Part shown: piece after piece, positions 1-13,169 of the stretch
Position numbering within the stretch: the first letter of the stretch is position 1
Layout: each line of letters opens with the position of its first letter
Assembly: GCF_036321535.1 (NCBI RefSeq)
Contig: NC_087437.1
Span: 9,674,001-9,738,000, forward strand
Direction: 5' to 3'
DNA: 64,000 bases
From: Camelus dromedarius
Lineage: Eukaryota
Program-made: the position numbers and the translations under genes
The notes under the pieces: generated by a model
Database searches by the model: none
Told to the model about the DNA's origin: nothing
What the model saw: only the letters and a program-made list of their open reading frames with translations

Positions 1-730
1 CATAGTGAAAACATGGCAGAAAGAGAGGAGAGACCGGAGACGTGGCCTGCTCAGCCTCCAGAAAACAGGCCCCCAAACTCCCAACTAAGCAGGCAGACTT
101 TGGTGGAAGAAGCAATGGGCCAGTGTCATTTCCAAGGGGAGTTTTTTGGAAGAAACAAGCAGTTGTGGTTCATTCTAAGATGAAGCATGCAGACAACCAA
201 ATGATGACCACTCTGCAGAAAAATGAAGAGAATTCTGGCACCCAGGAGGGCTGTGGATCCTGCTGTGTGGCGTGCCGGGCAGCAGAGACATGGAGTTTCC
301 AGGCGGCTCGCTGATGACTGATTAGGGAGAGTCAGCATGAACAGTCCCAGGGAAAAGACTCAGCAAAAAAGTTAAAAGCAGAAATAGAAATAGTCAGAGT
401 GAAATGTTTTTCTAGGCTCTGACACTTAGGATTAAAAAGATATGTTGCCAGCAAGTGGTAGGGTGCCTACCACGGAGACAAAGGCATGCTGCTCCATTAG
501 GAGCATTTAAAACAACATGCACGAAATGCAATGATGCTCAAAGGTTAGAGAAAAGAATTCAGATAAACAGAAGGAGCCAGATCAGCTGAGGACCCATGGG
601 TAATGGGAAGCAGATTCATGGAGGAGAAAGTACACAGTTGTCCTCAGGAGTAAACAACAGGGAAGAATACAGAAATAATCACTTTTCCCCAAAGCAGAGA
701 ACGGTTAATCAACCAAATGACTATATTTTA

Positions 731-945
731 TTATTTTTTTAAACTTTCTTTTTTTAAATTTAATTTTTAAAAAATGGTCTGTTCAACTATTTCATTTTTT
801 AATAGTTATTTATTATATTTTCATTTTGGGGGGGGAGTGATAATTAGGTTATTTGTTCTTTTAATAGAGGTACAGGGGATTGAACCCAGGACCTCAGGCA
901 TGCTAGGCATGCACTCTACAACTGAGCTATTCCCTCAGCCCCTTG
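731..945 (-). mobile_element. tRNA-Ala-derived SINE (camelid vic-1-like)
   Basis: The reverse complement reads GGG..GAATAGCTCAGTTGTAGAGTGCATGCCTAGCATGCCTGAGGTCCTGGGTTCAATCCCC (A and B boxes), followed by an A-rich tail. Exact 14-bp TSD ATGACTATATTTTA at 717-730 and 946-959. Confidence 0.92.
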
Positions 946-1439
946 ATGACTATATTTTAAAGCATGCTGCTAACTGTGAGAGCACAGACACCACCACGTT
1001 TTGGTCCAATGAGAGTAATGATTGGAATGTGTCTTCTATGTATGAAATGGTCCCGTAGGACAAGCAAGAGAGATACATCAACGGACAGGAGTATTGACCT
1101 TTAGAGAAAGTCACAAACCAAGGGAGAATGAAAGAGTGGGAAACAGGTGGATGAGAGAAAAAAGAAGAAAAAGCAGTAGTCATGTGACAAGCAGGGTGTA
1201 TGGGAAATGAAATGAAATTTTGCCTGGAGTTTTTGAAGCCCTAACCGAGAGCCAAGTGTCGGACTAGGATGAGTAGGAACAGCAGGGTGACTCATGCATT
1301 TGAAAGAAGGCGTTTTCTTCACAGACACCGCAAAACATCCAAGAGAGGCAAAACGTGTCAGTGGCAGGCTCCCTAACTTACCTGGGGAGACTCTATAAAT
1401 TATTGGCTTAATTCATGATTCCTGGATCGAATGGCCTCC

Positions 1440-1640
1440 CTTAGAATCCTGGCTGCCCCTCTTGCTGTCTGCATGCCCTTGGACTTGCTGCCTAATTTGT
1501 CCTGACTTCAGTTTCTTGATCATTAAAACAGTAGAGCTGTTCAAGGCGATTAAATGAGATAATACACTGTTGGCATGGAGCCTGGAGCAGAATTAACACT
1601 GACAACTATTACTAGTGTTGTTACTGTTGTCATTACTGCC
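1440..1640 (+). mobile_element. MIR SINE
   Basis: Degenerate MIR core (ccttggacttgc...cttcagtttcttgatc...attaaatgagataat). Confidence 0.7.
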
Positions 1641-1867
1641 CTAATCCACAGACTGAAGTAAATTTTATTCCACTTAAAGCATGAATTCCAAACACATTCT
1701 TTATTTAGTTTCCTGACAGCTTGATCAATCAAAAGTTTGGTGAAATTAGCATGATGTTGTGGTTTAATTCTAATTCTTTTGATTGTAACCAAAAAAGAAG
1801 TAGTTAATATGCCGATGGCGAGAACTTCAGGTCTAGAAAATAAATGATAAGCATCAGAGATTCCTAC

Positions 1868-2390
1868 ATGTTGAACAAAGAAATATATATCCAAGGCTCT
1901 GTAGTTAAACTTGTTTCTTAAATGTACACCCGTTACCCCAAAAGGGGAAGGGAAAAGACAGACCCCAGTTCTTGTCATATCTGAAAGGTAAGAACTCAGA
2001 CAGGAGACTGACCCAGGGGAGGGTTTGCCCCTCCTTGTATACTCTCGCTTAGAGGTGGTCTTTTGATTGACAGCTCTTGCCCCTGGAGTGCTTAGTCATG
2101 CTTGTCCCCTTTTGCACATGTCCTTACCCATGACACACAGGAAAACCCATGCTAGGGCACTAAACTGCAATGTTAATTATATTACAATGAGCACTGGGTC
2201 ATGTCCAGTTAAGTCCTTTCTGCTACCGCACAGTCGCAGCTGTCAGGTGCTAACCGGTTTCTTGCTGGCGATCATTTAGAGGAAGTAAAGTCTTTTTATG
2301 CTGGAGGTGGGCATGACCCCATCTTCCAGACCATCCTCTCTCTCCTCCACCTTACCTGCCCAGTGCCCCCACCTGTCTAGCTACCTAACA
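1868..2390 (-). mobile_element. ERV solo LTR (ERV1-like); left boundary uncertain
   Basis: The minus strand starts TGTTAGGTAGCTAG at 2390, an LTR-type start, and the body is LTR-like. TSD not resolved. Confidence 0.6.
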
Positions 2391-2534
2391 CACTGACTGA
2401 TGGATATTATCATTACTAGCTCCATCGTATTGAAAATAATTATAATATATATGATTAGGCATGATCCTACAGATGAAGACTCTGAATTACCATCAAGTAA
2501 TTTCGTCTTTCATTTCAACAATGCCTCGTTATTT

Positions 2535-3025
2535 TGTTACCAAATGCAAATTCGTGTGCCAAATGGACAGTGAGGCCAAACCATAACAACAGAGTCTGGA
2601 GCAGAGAGAGGTTTACTGCAGGGCTGAGCAAGGACACTGCCGCGGGCGGGGCGGGAGAGGGGAGGGGGTGGCCCTAGAAATCCCCAAACTCCCCGAAGGG
2701 CTTCAGCAAAGCATTTTTAAAGGCAAGGTGAGGGAGAGGCATCCCAGAATAGTGATCAGCTGGTGCACAGTTCTCTGAATGGTTAATGTTGAGGTAACAG
2801 GGCAGTTAACATTATCAGTCCTTAGGTGCCAGAAGGTCTGGGGGCTACGTGCTCATGATCATCAAGTAGTTAATTTCTTCCCTTTGGTGGTGGGTTTTAG
2901 CATCTGAAAAACTCAGGAAATATACATGAGATACTATTATCTGGATCCTTCAGAGAAGAGCTGCAGCAGAGGACACGGGGGAGGGTCTGTCCCTGGAAGG
3001 CCCCCCAGGGTCCTGCTGAGTTATA
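2535..3025 (-). mobile_element. ERV1 solo LTR (MER41-like laurasiatherian type)
   Basis: Termini TGTTACC...GAGTTATA (decayed TG..CA) and 4-bp TSD ATTT at 2531-2534 and 3026-3029. The body matches a recalled ERV1 LTR layout. Confidence 0.85.
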
Positions 3026-3814
3026 ATTTATGTAGAGGTCTAGGGAGGTTTGGGGCTCTCACAATGAAATACTGACAAAATGACTATAAAAGATCCCTAT
3101 GCAGAACATGAAAATGAACCAGAAGTGGGAGCACATAGCAAAGCTATTGCCAAAAGTAGCTGAAAACCTCTAAGGATGCAAAATGACTGATGTAAATAAG
3201 GCATGGAGCCTTCCAGAACTATTAATAACAATGCAAACTTTCTGTCTGGCTATGACCCAAGCAACAGAAAGGATATATAAGACACAGGGAGCAGGCCTGC
3301 TCATCGTCAGAGGCAGAAGGCATGCTGGCCCTACAAAGTGTTACCTTCCTAACATCAGGGCTGATGGCGTCACACCCCAGACGTAACATCTTCAGCAGCT
3401 TCTTAGCGAGTCCACGTTGTGTTTAGAACTTCTTATTATTGGCATCCAGTGTCCTTATCGACCTGTCCTCCGTCTACCATTCCAGCCAAATTTTCTATCA
3501 TTCTCTTTTACTTCAAAGTGTACCTTAAATCCGAGTCCCCTCAGACAAGAGAAAGGTCAAACTTAGCACATGACTTTGAACTGTATGGAAGTACAGGCAG
3601 TAAGCTATTTTTGACCATCAAAATGACAATTTCATGTGGCTCAACCTAATATACAACATAAAAGGGGACTTAGGTTAAATTTTCTGCAAATCTAGGCTAA
3701 TTACATTCCAAGATCACTAGGGAAACCTGAATAGGTTACTAAATGATCTTGGTTTGAAAAAACAACATACTTTTTATTAGAGTGTACTATTTCAGGAGCT
3801 GAGCTTTTGCTGGA

Positions 3815-4285
3815 TGAATGCCATCTGCTTCTTTCACACTCTTCATGCTTTCCCACCCTTTTCTGTGGACTGGGAGACTAATCCACATTGACTGCACCAA
3901 GCGGCTTCCTTGTCCTCTGGCTTTTAATTGCATTTAGCCACTGGGGATCCTTGGCAAGAGATCAGAGGGAGGGAGGAGCCGGAGGTTGGGATGTGGTCCC
4001 CTGCTCCCTGCATGCAGGGTTGCCTGAGGCTGGCTGTGCTTCAGTCCCCGGCTCCCGCTGGTGGCCACTGCTCTTCCCAAGGTTTCTGTGTTTACTTGCC
4101 TCTACTTCTGAGCTCCTGCACCTGCCCCCTCCTCTTGCTGCTTAAACCTGTGGTGTGATCGACTCCACCATTATCCTCATGGCTCCGCTGCCCACACCTT
4201 TGTAACCGGTCCCTGTATTGAAGCACTGTGAATCACCCCAATTTAAATGTGTCATCTGTTGTGCGCTGGCATGCTAACTGACACA
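3815..4285 (+). mobile_element. ERVL LTR (LTR33-like)
   Basis: The 3' part cccacacctttgtaa..gtccctgtatt..tgtgtcatctgtt..ctaactgacaca resembles the LTR33 end. Confidence 0.7.
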
Positions 4286-4289
4286 GGGA

Positions 4290-4478
4290 TAAATTCTTTA
4301 TACGTGTTATTCATATTTAACTCTGATCACCCTTTGAGGAAGGTTTAATTATTATCCTCATTTTATGGTTAAGGTAACTGAAGCTCTGGGAGGCTAATTA
4401 ACCCACCCAACATCAAATCACGTATTGCAGAAATAGTGCTGGGGTTTCAACAATCTGACTCTAGATGCCATGGTTTTG
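4290..4478 (-). mobile_element. MIR SINE
   Basis: attattatcctcattttat..gtaactgaagctc..tctgactctaga is an antisense MIR core. Confidence 0.75.
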
Positions 4479-4679
4479 ATGGGTGATGGGAATCTGCTAT
4501 CCTGATTTTCTGAAATGATGAAAAAATAAATTTCAGAAATCATACCCCGATACAAAGAAAAGACACTGGTCACAAGTTTTTAGGGTGGATTATTAACTGT
4601 CTAGATTGTCTCATACCGTATGTTTTGGGGGATGGTAGAGGATTATGAGAATAAGGTCTTAATTAGACTTTAGGAGACT

Positions 4680-6100
4680 TGTCATCTGATGTTCCAGATT
4701 TGTGTCAACAACTTAAGAAAAGACAGACATTAAATGTGCTGATGATTCAAAGATGGGATAGCATCAGGATTTCAAAAATGTCAATGGGCTGGAAAACTAG
4801 AGAAGGCAAATGAAACGAAATTGCGTGGCAATAACTGTTGCACCGAGCTATGCTTGTATTAGTCAATTGTCTCGCTCGCTAAAGGCAGAGATCCAACTCA
4901 AATTGGCTTAAGCAGAGAAGAGCATTTACTGGCTCGGGTAACTGCAGATTCTAGAGGTGGGCATTACATGAAAATGAATGAAGGGTCTCAAAAGATGTCA
5001 TCAGATCCTCTTCTGTAAATTTCTTCTCGGCTTCCTTCTATGTTTGCTCTTGAGAAGGTTCCTGTTACTATGAGGGTTGGTATTTCGTCTCTCAGGTTCA
5101 GGTCTGGTAGAAGAGAAAACCTCTCTTTGAAAGATCTCTACTATTGACCCAGAACTGTAGATCATTGGCTCTGAAATCGAGCAACTATAGCTGACTGGGT
5201 TGTAGCCAGAGGACTGCGGTGGGTGCTCTGATTGGCCTGGCCCTCATCACACGCCCACCCCGGGGGGAGGGGGACGAATCCACACAAACGCATGAATACA
5301 AGTTAAAGAAATGTGATAACATCAGAGAAAATCAGGAAGACGTTATTAACGGAGTAGGGGTTATAACGGGCAAAAACACAGTGAAAAACAATAGCGAAAA
5401 CAAAATTCAAAACAATTTCAAAAACACAGAATATGAAAGACATAGCTCCACCACAGTATTATTAATATGAAAGAAGCCTTGGGGTCTTTAGACGACATGA
5501 CGCTCAATATGAACCCACAGAGTGACCTGGATGCTTAATTAGGCTCAGACTGATCTGATCCGTGTTCATTATTCACAGTAACAGAGGCCACATTTAAATT
5601 CAGCTGCAATGATCAGCTTGCACCTGGAATATCATTTTAGGTACTAAACATGTATTTTATGAAAGATTGAAAAACTGGTGTCCACTGAATTGAGACTTAT
5701 GAATGGGCCTGGAAGCTATAACCTGTGAAGAAATGTTAAAGAAACAAGGACATCCTGATGGGAAAAATGAGTATTTTGGTGAGGGTACAATATTTGTCTT
5801 CCATACTGAAGAACTCCCATGTGGAAAACAAAGTATATTCAAACAAAGTAAAGCAGAATTAAGAGCAGTAAATATAAAGTGTGTTTCAGCTGTATTTCAG
5901 TGCTTTATAGAAGTTGGAAGTGTGTATAAATAGGAGAAACACAGGAGGCCAGTAGCTGCCTCTCCACTTCCACATGTGTTGGTGTTAGCAGAGGTTAGAT
6001 AATCAGCTCTCAGACGGGTTACCAAAAAGATTTATCAGATTGGGTTAAAGCACTGGACTAGAATTGGCCTTAGGTGCTTCCAGCTTGGGTATTCCATAAG
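4680..6100 (+). mobile_element. L3/CR1 LINE fragments, interrupted by an MLT1 LTR
   Basis: Decayed CR1 RT/3' motifs (tgctgatgattcaaagatggg, ccttggggtcttt, ctcaatatga, ggcctggaagc..tgtgaagaa). Confidence 0.55.
4856..5385 (-). mobile_element. MaLR LTR (MLT1J/K/L-like)
   Basis: tgtattagtc..ccaactcaaattggcttaagc..atttactggctc..gtaactg is characteristic of old MLT1 in antisense. Confidence 0.7.
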
Positions 6101-6144
6101 GAATCCTACTGGATGGACCCATACTCATCTTTTATCGTTTCAGA

Positions 6145-6325
6145 GTTATGAGGCTGTGGGCAATGACTTCTCCTCTACCAACCTCAGTTCTCCATCTATA
6201 AAATGAGGATAATGGTTTATCCCTTCCAGATATTAAATTATTTCAGTATTAAATTATTAATACCCGCCAGGTATTTAGATTGGTGTACAGCCCACACTAT
6301 GTTCAAAATTAACCATTATTATTAC
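6145..6325 (+). mobile_element. MIR SINE
   Basis: cctcagttctccatctataaaatgaggataat MIR core. Confidence 0.75.
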
Positions 6326-7159
6326 GACATAGTCGATCATGGGTACCTAATTTTCTTTGCAGCACAACTGGGTTACTATCTAGTTGAAATAGAGGGGTTT
6401 TTTTAAGTTATTTTGTTGGTGTCACTAAACATATAGTTAGTTGAGGGCCTTAAATGGTTGTTTGACAGCAAAAGAGACTTTAATAAGAGGTTCATGTAAC
6501 CCTTTTGTAACAAGCTATTTCCCTGAGCTTGGAGTCAATCAGGTCCCAGTCCTGACGCTGCTGTGAAGCCTGGTGATGCACTTCTCTGCTGGGAAAGTCC
6601 ATAAAGGAGCCATAGTTTGACTTACAGCATTTCACTCTACAGAATCCAAACTCTAAGCTTCTCATTAAAAAAAAAGACATTGGCCAGAAGTCAATAAATG
6701 CATCCTCAGCAATTGCTATAAAGAATCAATTTAAGAAAGAACATCTAGATATCTGTAGAGCTTTAGCATCTAAACAAACTCTCATGTCTGAGACTTGACT
6801 TGTTTGGGTACCTTTGGAAAATCACAGACTTGGGTCAAATACGAACTATTCAGCCTCTTTTTGCATTGTACAAGAGGTGTGAGCTTTGTAATTACCAAAT
6901 CAAGGGACTAACTTAAAATTCGAATTCTCACAACTAGGATTGGTCATGGTTCTCCAATTTCCTGGACCCTATTAATGGACTATAGTTCGCAATGTCCCGG
7001 AGCTGAACAAGGCTTCAATCTGAGAAGTCCACCGTGGCTGATTCTGCCACACAATTATCTCCTTGACATCTTTGCCACTCAGAGAACAGAAGCCACTGTC
7101 ATTCAGTTTAGAGGGGACAAAGGAGAAAACTCTCAGGATTGTATATCCCCAATGCGTAC

Positions 7160-7252
7160 CTAGGAGCAGGGAGTGTACAAGAAATCTGTCATTTTGTCTC
7201 AGTTTTGCTGTGAACCTAAAATTGCTCTAAAAATAAGGTCTTTAAAAAAAAA
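7160..7252 (+). mobile_element. old L1 (L1MB-like) 3' end
   Basis: ctcagttttgctgtgaacctaaaattgctctaaaaataaggtc followed by an A-tail. Confidence 0.7.
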
Positions 7253-9339
7253 ATACATATAGAAGACAAGGACTTCAGCTGAATGTGAGGAATGAGAGAA
7301 AGAGAGGAAATGAACTAGTCCTTTTGTTGACAGAAGAAGGGCTGAATGCGAGAAATTCCTTGTCATGATTTACTGTAAGCGGGATGAGAAATAAGGTGCA
7401 GAATGAGGGAGGAAGAAGCTGTAAAGAAAGACTCTTTTGCTTTTGTGATTTAATATAGTACACAGATACACGCGGGCACGTAGAAATTTTCTTGTAGAGA
7501 AAAGAGATAATTAAAGGAGAGGGGTTTTTGAGAAACAGAACGGGAGATACAAAACTGAATTTGGTCTTCCCTAGTATTGGGGGCCCTTCCCCCCTTGTCA
7601 AGCTGGGAAGAGGATGCTACCGGCTCCTACCTCCCTTCTGATCTCCACTCCATTTCCAGTTGCTGCAAAGCTATTTAGAGATTCAGAGTTCTTCCTGAAC
7701 AACTCTTTCATTCTACCACCACCCCGCCATGTGGGAATCTCTCGGCAATCTCCATGGCCATTTCCAATGCTGAGGTAAGGTGATATTTAAAAATCATTTT
7801 TATGGATAAAATGCTGCAATCATTTTTAAAAAGTTCTTCAGAAAATCTTGCTTCCATTTTTTTCTCCCTCTGTAATTTGGTTTTAGAACTTTCCCTCAAG
7901 CCAGTGAAGCTGGGAGACACTGAGGTCATGAGCAGTTTGTCTACATGTGGCTCCTTGGGACCCCAGCTGCTCCTGAGAGATGAGACTCACAACTCTTGGC
8001 CATTAATCAGAGATAGGATTATAACTGAGATGTAAACACATTCCTGTAACTCTAAGCCCCAGGTGAAGAGCTGGGGACTGTTCCTCTCAACCGCCTCCAG
8101 GGAAGAAAAATAATGAGGGAGGCCATTTGAATGACTGAACATTACTGAACAAGCACTTGTTAGTATAATAATTGTCAGCCTTGGCAGATTCAACTGGGAG
8201 GAAAATTGATGACAGTGGCTCAGCACAACTGTTCCAACCAAAATGACAGTGGAGCGGACGGCAGGGGATCTGCTAAGTGGAATAAACAAATGGCCACTAA
8301 GAGGAAAAAGTCGAAAGAAAATATTCACTGAGGGCTGCAGTTCTAAGCACCACTACACGTTTTTGCAGACCAGATCATCCTGTCTAACACTGCTCACTTT
8401 TGCTGCAGTTTCATTAAGCACACATTTGCAGGACTATTATTCCTCGCTCTCTTTCTCGCTGTTCCAGAATACTCAACAGAGACATTCTCTAAGAAATGCA
8501 GTGCCTCAGCAGCCCCATGCTACCTATGTTCATATCGAAAGGACATGGCGGAGTAACTAAAATCCCCTTTGAGGTAGTTTGCTGGCATTTAGTCAAAATG
8601 GACAACCTGCCAGCCATTTTTCCTCCCGAGTGTGCTATCCGGGATGCCCAGAGAACTACCGCTGGAGGAAAGCAGTTCCCTTCTCCTCTTCTGTTCATGT
8701 TTCCTCCTTTCATTTCCTTCTCTAATTTTCATTCACATAAGTGATGGCAAATATCAGATTTACTGAATGAGTTACTTTCAGGCCTGTGAAATCCATCACT
8801 TGTTCATTAATTCATTCAAGATAAGTTACATTCCAGTTATGATGGCTAGAGTTGAGTGTCACCTTGTCCCCAGGTCAGTATTTTATTTGGAGCACGTCGT
8901 AAAAGAGTAAACAACAGGTACTTTTCTAAAATTGTGTGGGGAGAAGTTAACTTATTTTATGGAATAATTTTAAGGCTTCTCCAATAAAGAATAAAGGAAA
9001 AGTTAAAACAAGAAAAATTTATAACAGATTATACTGCATGAGATCCAACAGGTAACTAGGAAATAAATGTACATATTAGATTCCCTTTATTTAGAATAAA
9101 CAAAGAACAATTACTAAAATTTATATTAATTTTCATGTGACCAACATTGAAGAATCTGAAGGGTAAATTACACTCAGAACTGGACTATGAATTAACAGTT
9201 CACCAGAGTTCTCTATGCCAACAGTAAGGACTTCTGATGTTTGATTAAATTATTAAATAGATACAAGAGGAAACTAAACAGGTTTTAATGAGTTAAATTC
9301 ACAGATCAAATCTATTTCTAAGGTGCTATTAGTCCATTG

Positions 9340-9510
9340 AATATTATATATATTTAATGTTACATAGATATGTTATATTATATAGATATATATTATATTA
9401 TATGAATATATTATATATCTATATAAAAATTCTAAAATTCTATTAATCCATTACATTATAATGTATAATATAATGCAACATACTATAATAATATATGTTT
9501 ATATAAAATA
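9340..9510. repeat. AT-rich low-complexity tract with an ~18-bp tandem unit
   Basis: atagatatgttatattat / atagatatattatattat / atgaatatattatat. Confidence 0.75.
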
Positions 9511-9968
9511 AGCTAAATAAAGACAAGCCAAAATAGTGACAATTTCTTCTTGACTTTCATAATCCTTCTAGGTTTCAGACCCTAAAAAATTCATTATGTG
9601 GTACGGATCTCTACAGAGTAAATTTAAATCAAGAAGGAGACAAATGAAGTACAGCATATGTGAGCTCAGGGGCTCTCTATTACAGACTACGGCCAAGGTC
9701 ACAAGCTGAAATTCCATCAAGGGCCAGGTAGGTGGGAATGTACACTGGTGAAAGAAACCCCAGGATGAAGTGGTTTGAGTTTTGGGGAGCATGGCACCCT
9801 GGAGGGTACCTGCCCTCCTAAGGCCATTCACATTAGGAAGAAAAGAAGTTTAAAAATGATTCTGACCAAAAAACAAAACAAAACAACAAAATATAAAACC
9901 AAGTCTACAGACTCAATTCAGCCAGTGCATCTTGAAAGTCTTAATTCAAAGTCCTGTTCCACAGCATC

Positions 9969-10210
9969 TGTCACCAACTGCCTTAATAACGCTGTGTAAC
10001 AAACCACAGCAAAATCAGGGAATTATGACAACTGTCCTGTCTTCTCATGCTTGCATATCTAAATACATTGGAATCAGCTGATCTCAGCAGGTTTTCCTGG
10101 GCTTGGCTGCAGGCTGTGGGTTTCCTTCAAATCAGCCCCATGGGTCTCAGGGTGGAGCCCAGGCAAGATGGGCAACGGCCACTCAGAACAAGAAGGCAAA
10201 TGCAGGAGGT
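9969..10210 (-). mobile_element. MaLR LTR fragment (MLT1H/I-like)
   Basis: aataacgctgtgtaacaaaccac..ctgggcttggctgcaggctg. Confidence 0.6.
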
Positions 10211-10349
10211 CCCTCCATCCACCATGAAGCAGAGATGTGAAGTGAGACAGCAAAAGATGAAATACTGAAGCTAATAATTTAACCAACCACATCTGATCAG
10301 TTGCTCTATGACCTTGTGCAAGATATTTGTGGTAAAATCTCAGGCACCA

Positions 10350-10585
10350 GAGATACACAGACCTGATCCAAAGGCTAGCCATGCCATTCGCTAGCTGTGA
10401 CCTTGGGCAAGTTCAATAAATTCTCTCAGCCAAAGCTTATTCTTTCTTAAAACAGAAATAGCAATACTAATCATATCTACCGCCTAGATTCTAAGCATTA
10501 AGCCAGATAATCATTTTAAAGTGACTAGCACCACTCTAGGAATACAGTAAAACACTCAAAATATGTTAGATCACATCATTATTGA
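10350..10585 (+). mobile_element. MIR SINE
   Basis: ctagctgtgaccttgggcaagtt MIR core. Confidence 0.8.
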
Positions 10586-11867
10586 CTGCTTTGGAGGAGA
10601 ACTTGGACTAGGAAAATCAGTATTTTGTGTTTACTGTATCAAATGATCATTGTAATCCCATTACTTAAAAGGGGATACAAATTACCCCAAAGCGTTTTTT
10701 TTTTTTTTTTAAGCCCAATGTAGTTTTTCTGGCCTCCAAACCCTGGAAACACCAAATTGGGAGATAATTAGATCAGCTGAAATAAAGAATAGTAGAAAAA
10801 TGCCATTACAATTCACCGTTTTCCTCTGCCAAGCTGGGCATTTAGGCCATAATCGTGTTGATTCCAATCAAACAGTATAATTAGGGAGGGAGGGAGGGAG
10901 GAAGAAAGGAAGAAAAGAGAGAGGGAGGGAGGGAGAGAAACTAATTTGAAATCATTCCAGTGGATCATGCAGAACCTCAGGCAAAGCTACACATGCTGAC
11001 AAAAGGCAGGAAGGAATTGTATGTTGGCTGAAGGACAGGTGGTTTCTTAAAATACCTGTGAATCAAGTTTTGTATAATTCAGCTTGATGGCACCATATCG
11101 TCCCATTTCTTGTTGGACAAAACAAACTGTATTAGAATATTTTTCACTTCAAAAGAGAGACAGGACCCAATGAAGGAGCTTAAGCGAAGAATAAGAAATG
11201 GGGAAGAGGATCTGATATGAGCTCCTTCCAACAAGCTGTCGTGCACTGTCAGCAGCTGTCAAGGACCCCAAGCTCAGGTAGCAACACTCCCGAACTCCTG
11301 ACTTGACAAACCGGGTTTGGCCCGCCCCACTTCTCACATGCCTAGGGCCTCTTCACAGAGCTGGATAATGGATGTCCCACAAAGTCAGGCTGCGTTTCCA
11401 GCCCTCGATTGGTCAGGGGGTCTGGGAGACAGGGAGTTTATGGTAGGGGCAGGTGCATGAGTGCTACCAAAGGATAGTTCAGGATGGTGAACTAATTTGA
11501 GAGTTATTGTAATCGAATAATTTAGTGATGCTTCACAGAAAAAAAAAAAAAAAGACCTCACCATGTGTTTTCTATGTTTTCTTTATACTTTTAAATATTT
11601 TAAATGATTTCATTGCAAATCTGCGCTATTTCAGATGTATGATGTGGTATATGCGTTTCTGAAAGCCAGCCTGAAATTTTAACCTTGATTTATAATTTCT
11701 TTTGTATATTTGAGGGTTGCCCTGTGACTGTTGCCGGATGACTGACTATTGGACCACTGCCCACCTCCAGGGCAAAAAGTTTCGTATCTCCCCTTAACAC
11801 AAGCTCTTCCTCTAAGCATCATTTTCAGGGAAACTTATGAGCCATGAGTGTAACTGAGCTCCCAGGA

Positions 11868-12360
11868 GATTGATTGGTTGATTGATTGATTGATTGATTG
11901 ATTTCAATTTTTTTTTTAATTGAAGTGTAGTCAGTCACAAGGTGTCAGTTTCTGGTGTACAGCACAATGTCCCAGTCATGCATATACATACATATATTCG
12001 TTTTCATATTCTTTTTCATTAAAGGTTATTACAAGACATTGAATATAGTTCCCTGTACTATACAGGAGAAATTTTTTTTAATCTATTCTTATATATAGTT
12101 ATTACCATTTGCAAATCTCAAACTCCCAAATTTATCCCTTCCCACCCCCTTTTCTCTGGTAACTGTAAAATTGTTACTATGCCTGCAAATCCGTTTCTGT
12201 TTTGTAGATGAGTTCATAAGTGTCTTTTCTTTTTTAGATTCCATATGTGAGTGATAGCATATGGTATTTTTCTTTCTCTTTCTGGTTTACTTCACTTAGA
12301 ACGACGATCTCCAGGTCCACCCATGTTGCTGCAAATGGCATTACTTATTCTTTTTTTTTT
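11868..12360 (-). mobile_element. LINE-1 3' end (young, 5'-truncated) with (GATT)n tail derivative
   Basis: T-tract followed by aattgaagtgtagtc..gaatatagttccctgt..ttacttcacttagaa..gttgctgcaaatggc, an antisense cetartiodactyl L1 3'UTR. (GATT)n at 11868-11903. Confidence 0.9.
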
Positions 12361-12470
12361 AACTCCTAAACCTCCTACTAGCTCTGATTTGAGGGAAGGA
12401 AAAGAACATCCATGTCACGCATCACTCTGGGGACAGCCAAGAAATCACTTGCAGATCTGGCTGGAGAAAT

Positions 12471-12629
12471 AAAAACTATCAGCTAATCCCAAACTCCCAA
12501 TTTATCCCTTCCCACTCCTTTCCCTTTGGTAGCCAGAAACTAACACAGCATTGTAAATCAACTCTACTTCAATTAAAAAAAAAAAAAAAACTGTATGTTC
12601 ATGTGAAAAAAAACAAAAAAAAAAAACTA
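12471..12629 (+). mobile_element. 5'-inverted, severely truncated LINE-1
   Basis: An antisense L1 3'UTR piece (12477-12535) is fused to the sense L1 terminus (12533-12574). Two A-tracts follow, and AAAAACTA flanks both sides. Confidence 0.8.
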
Positions 12630-13169
12630 GCCAATCAGGAGTCATGTCTTCAAAACGGCATGCTTCTGGTCAACACTAAACGATAATAAAAAACCCAACA
12701 CTTCTCTTTTAAGTAGCAGGTGTGTGTGTGTAAAGAGAGGGGGTAGAAGGGGGAAGAAGGGAGGGAAAGGGAGAGGGAGACAGGAGCTGTGTGGGTGAGT
12801 GTGTGGGTCAGCTGTGAGCAAGACCTAGAGGATTAGGGTTATTTGCTTTCTTAACATCAACACCAAGCTGGCTGTTGGCACTGGGAAGATTTTCCTTCAT
12901 GAAACAATGCACTGAAGTAAGACGAGTAAGGCAAGAGAGGAGGAAAGGGGATCCCTTCCTTGTGCAAAGCTGGAGAAACGTCCTTTGCGGGAGGGCTGTG
13001 GGAGGGAGGGATGGGCAGCTATCCTGTGCCAGAACTTTCTCAGGTACCTCTGTTTTAGGGAACATAATGCACAGAATTGAACACCCGGAAATGAATTCCC
13101 TTAAAACCATTCATCAGCTTTTTGGAATGTCTTTGGTTCCTCCAGTGGGTGTGTGGACTCCATTTGAAG

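Noticed and set aside
865..942. tRNA-Ala-like gene (also at 20470, 47215, 53030)
   Set aside because: SINE heads with a tRNA-unrelated body, A-tail and TSDs; the cloverleaf is degenerate.
1376..1390. ACTTACCTGG resembling the U1 snRNA 5' end
   Set aside because: Similarity stops after about 10-15 nt. It is simply a reverse-strand donor consensus with no convincing partner acceptor.
1550..1978. 142-aa ORF
   Set aside because: It spans LTR, unique and MIR sequence, so it is a chance read-through.
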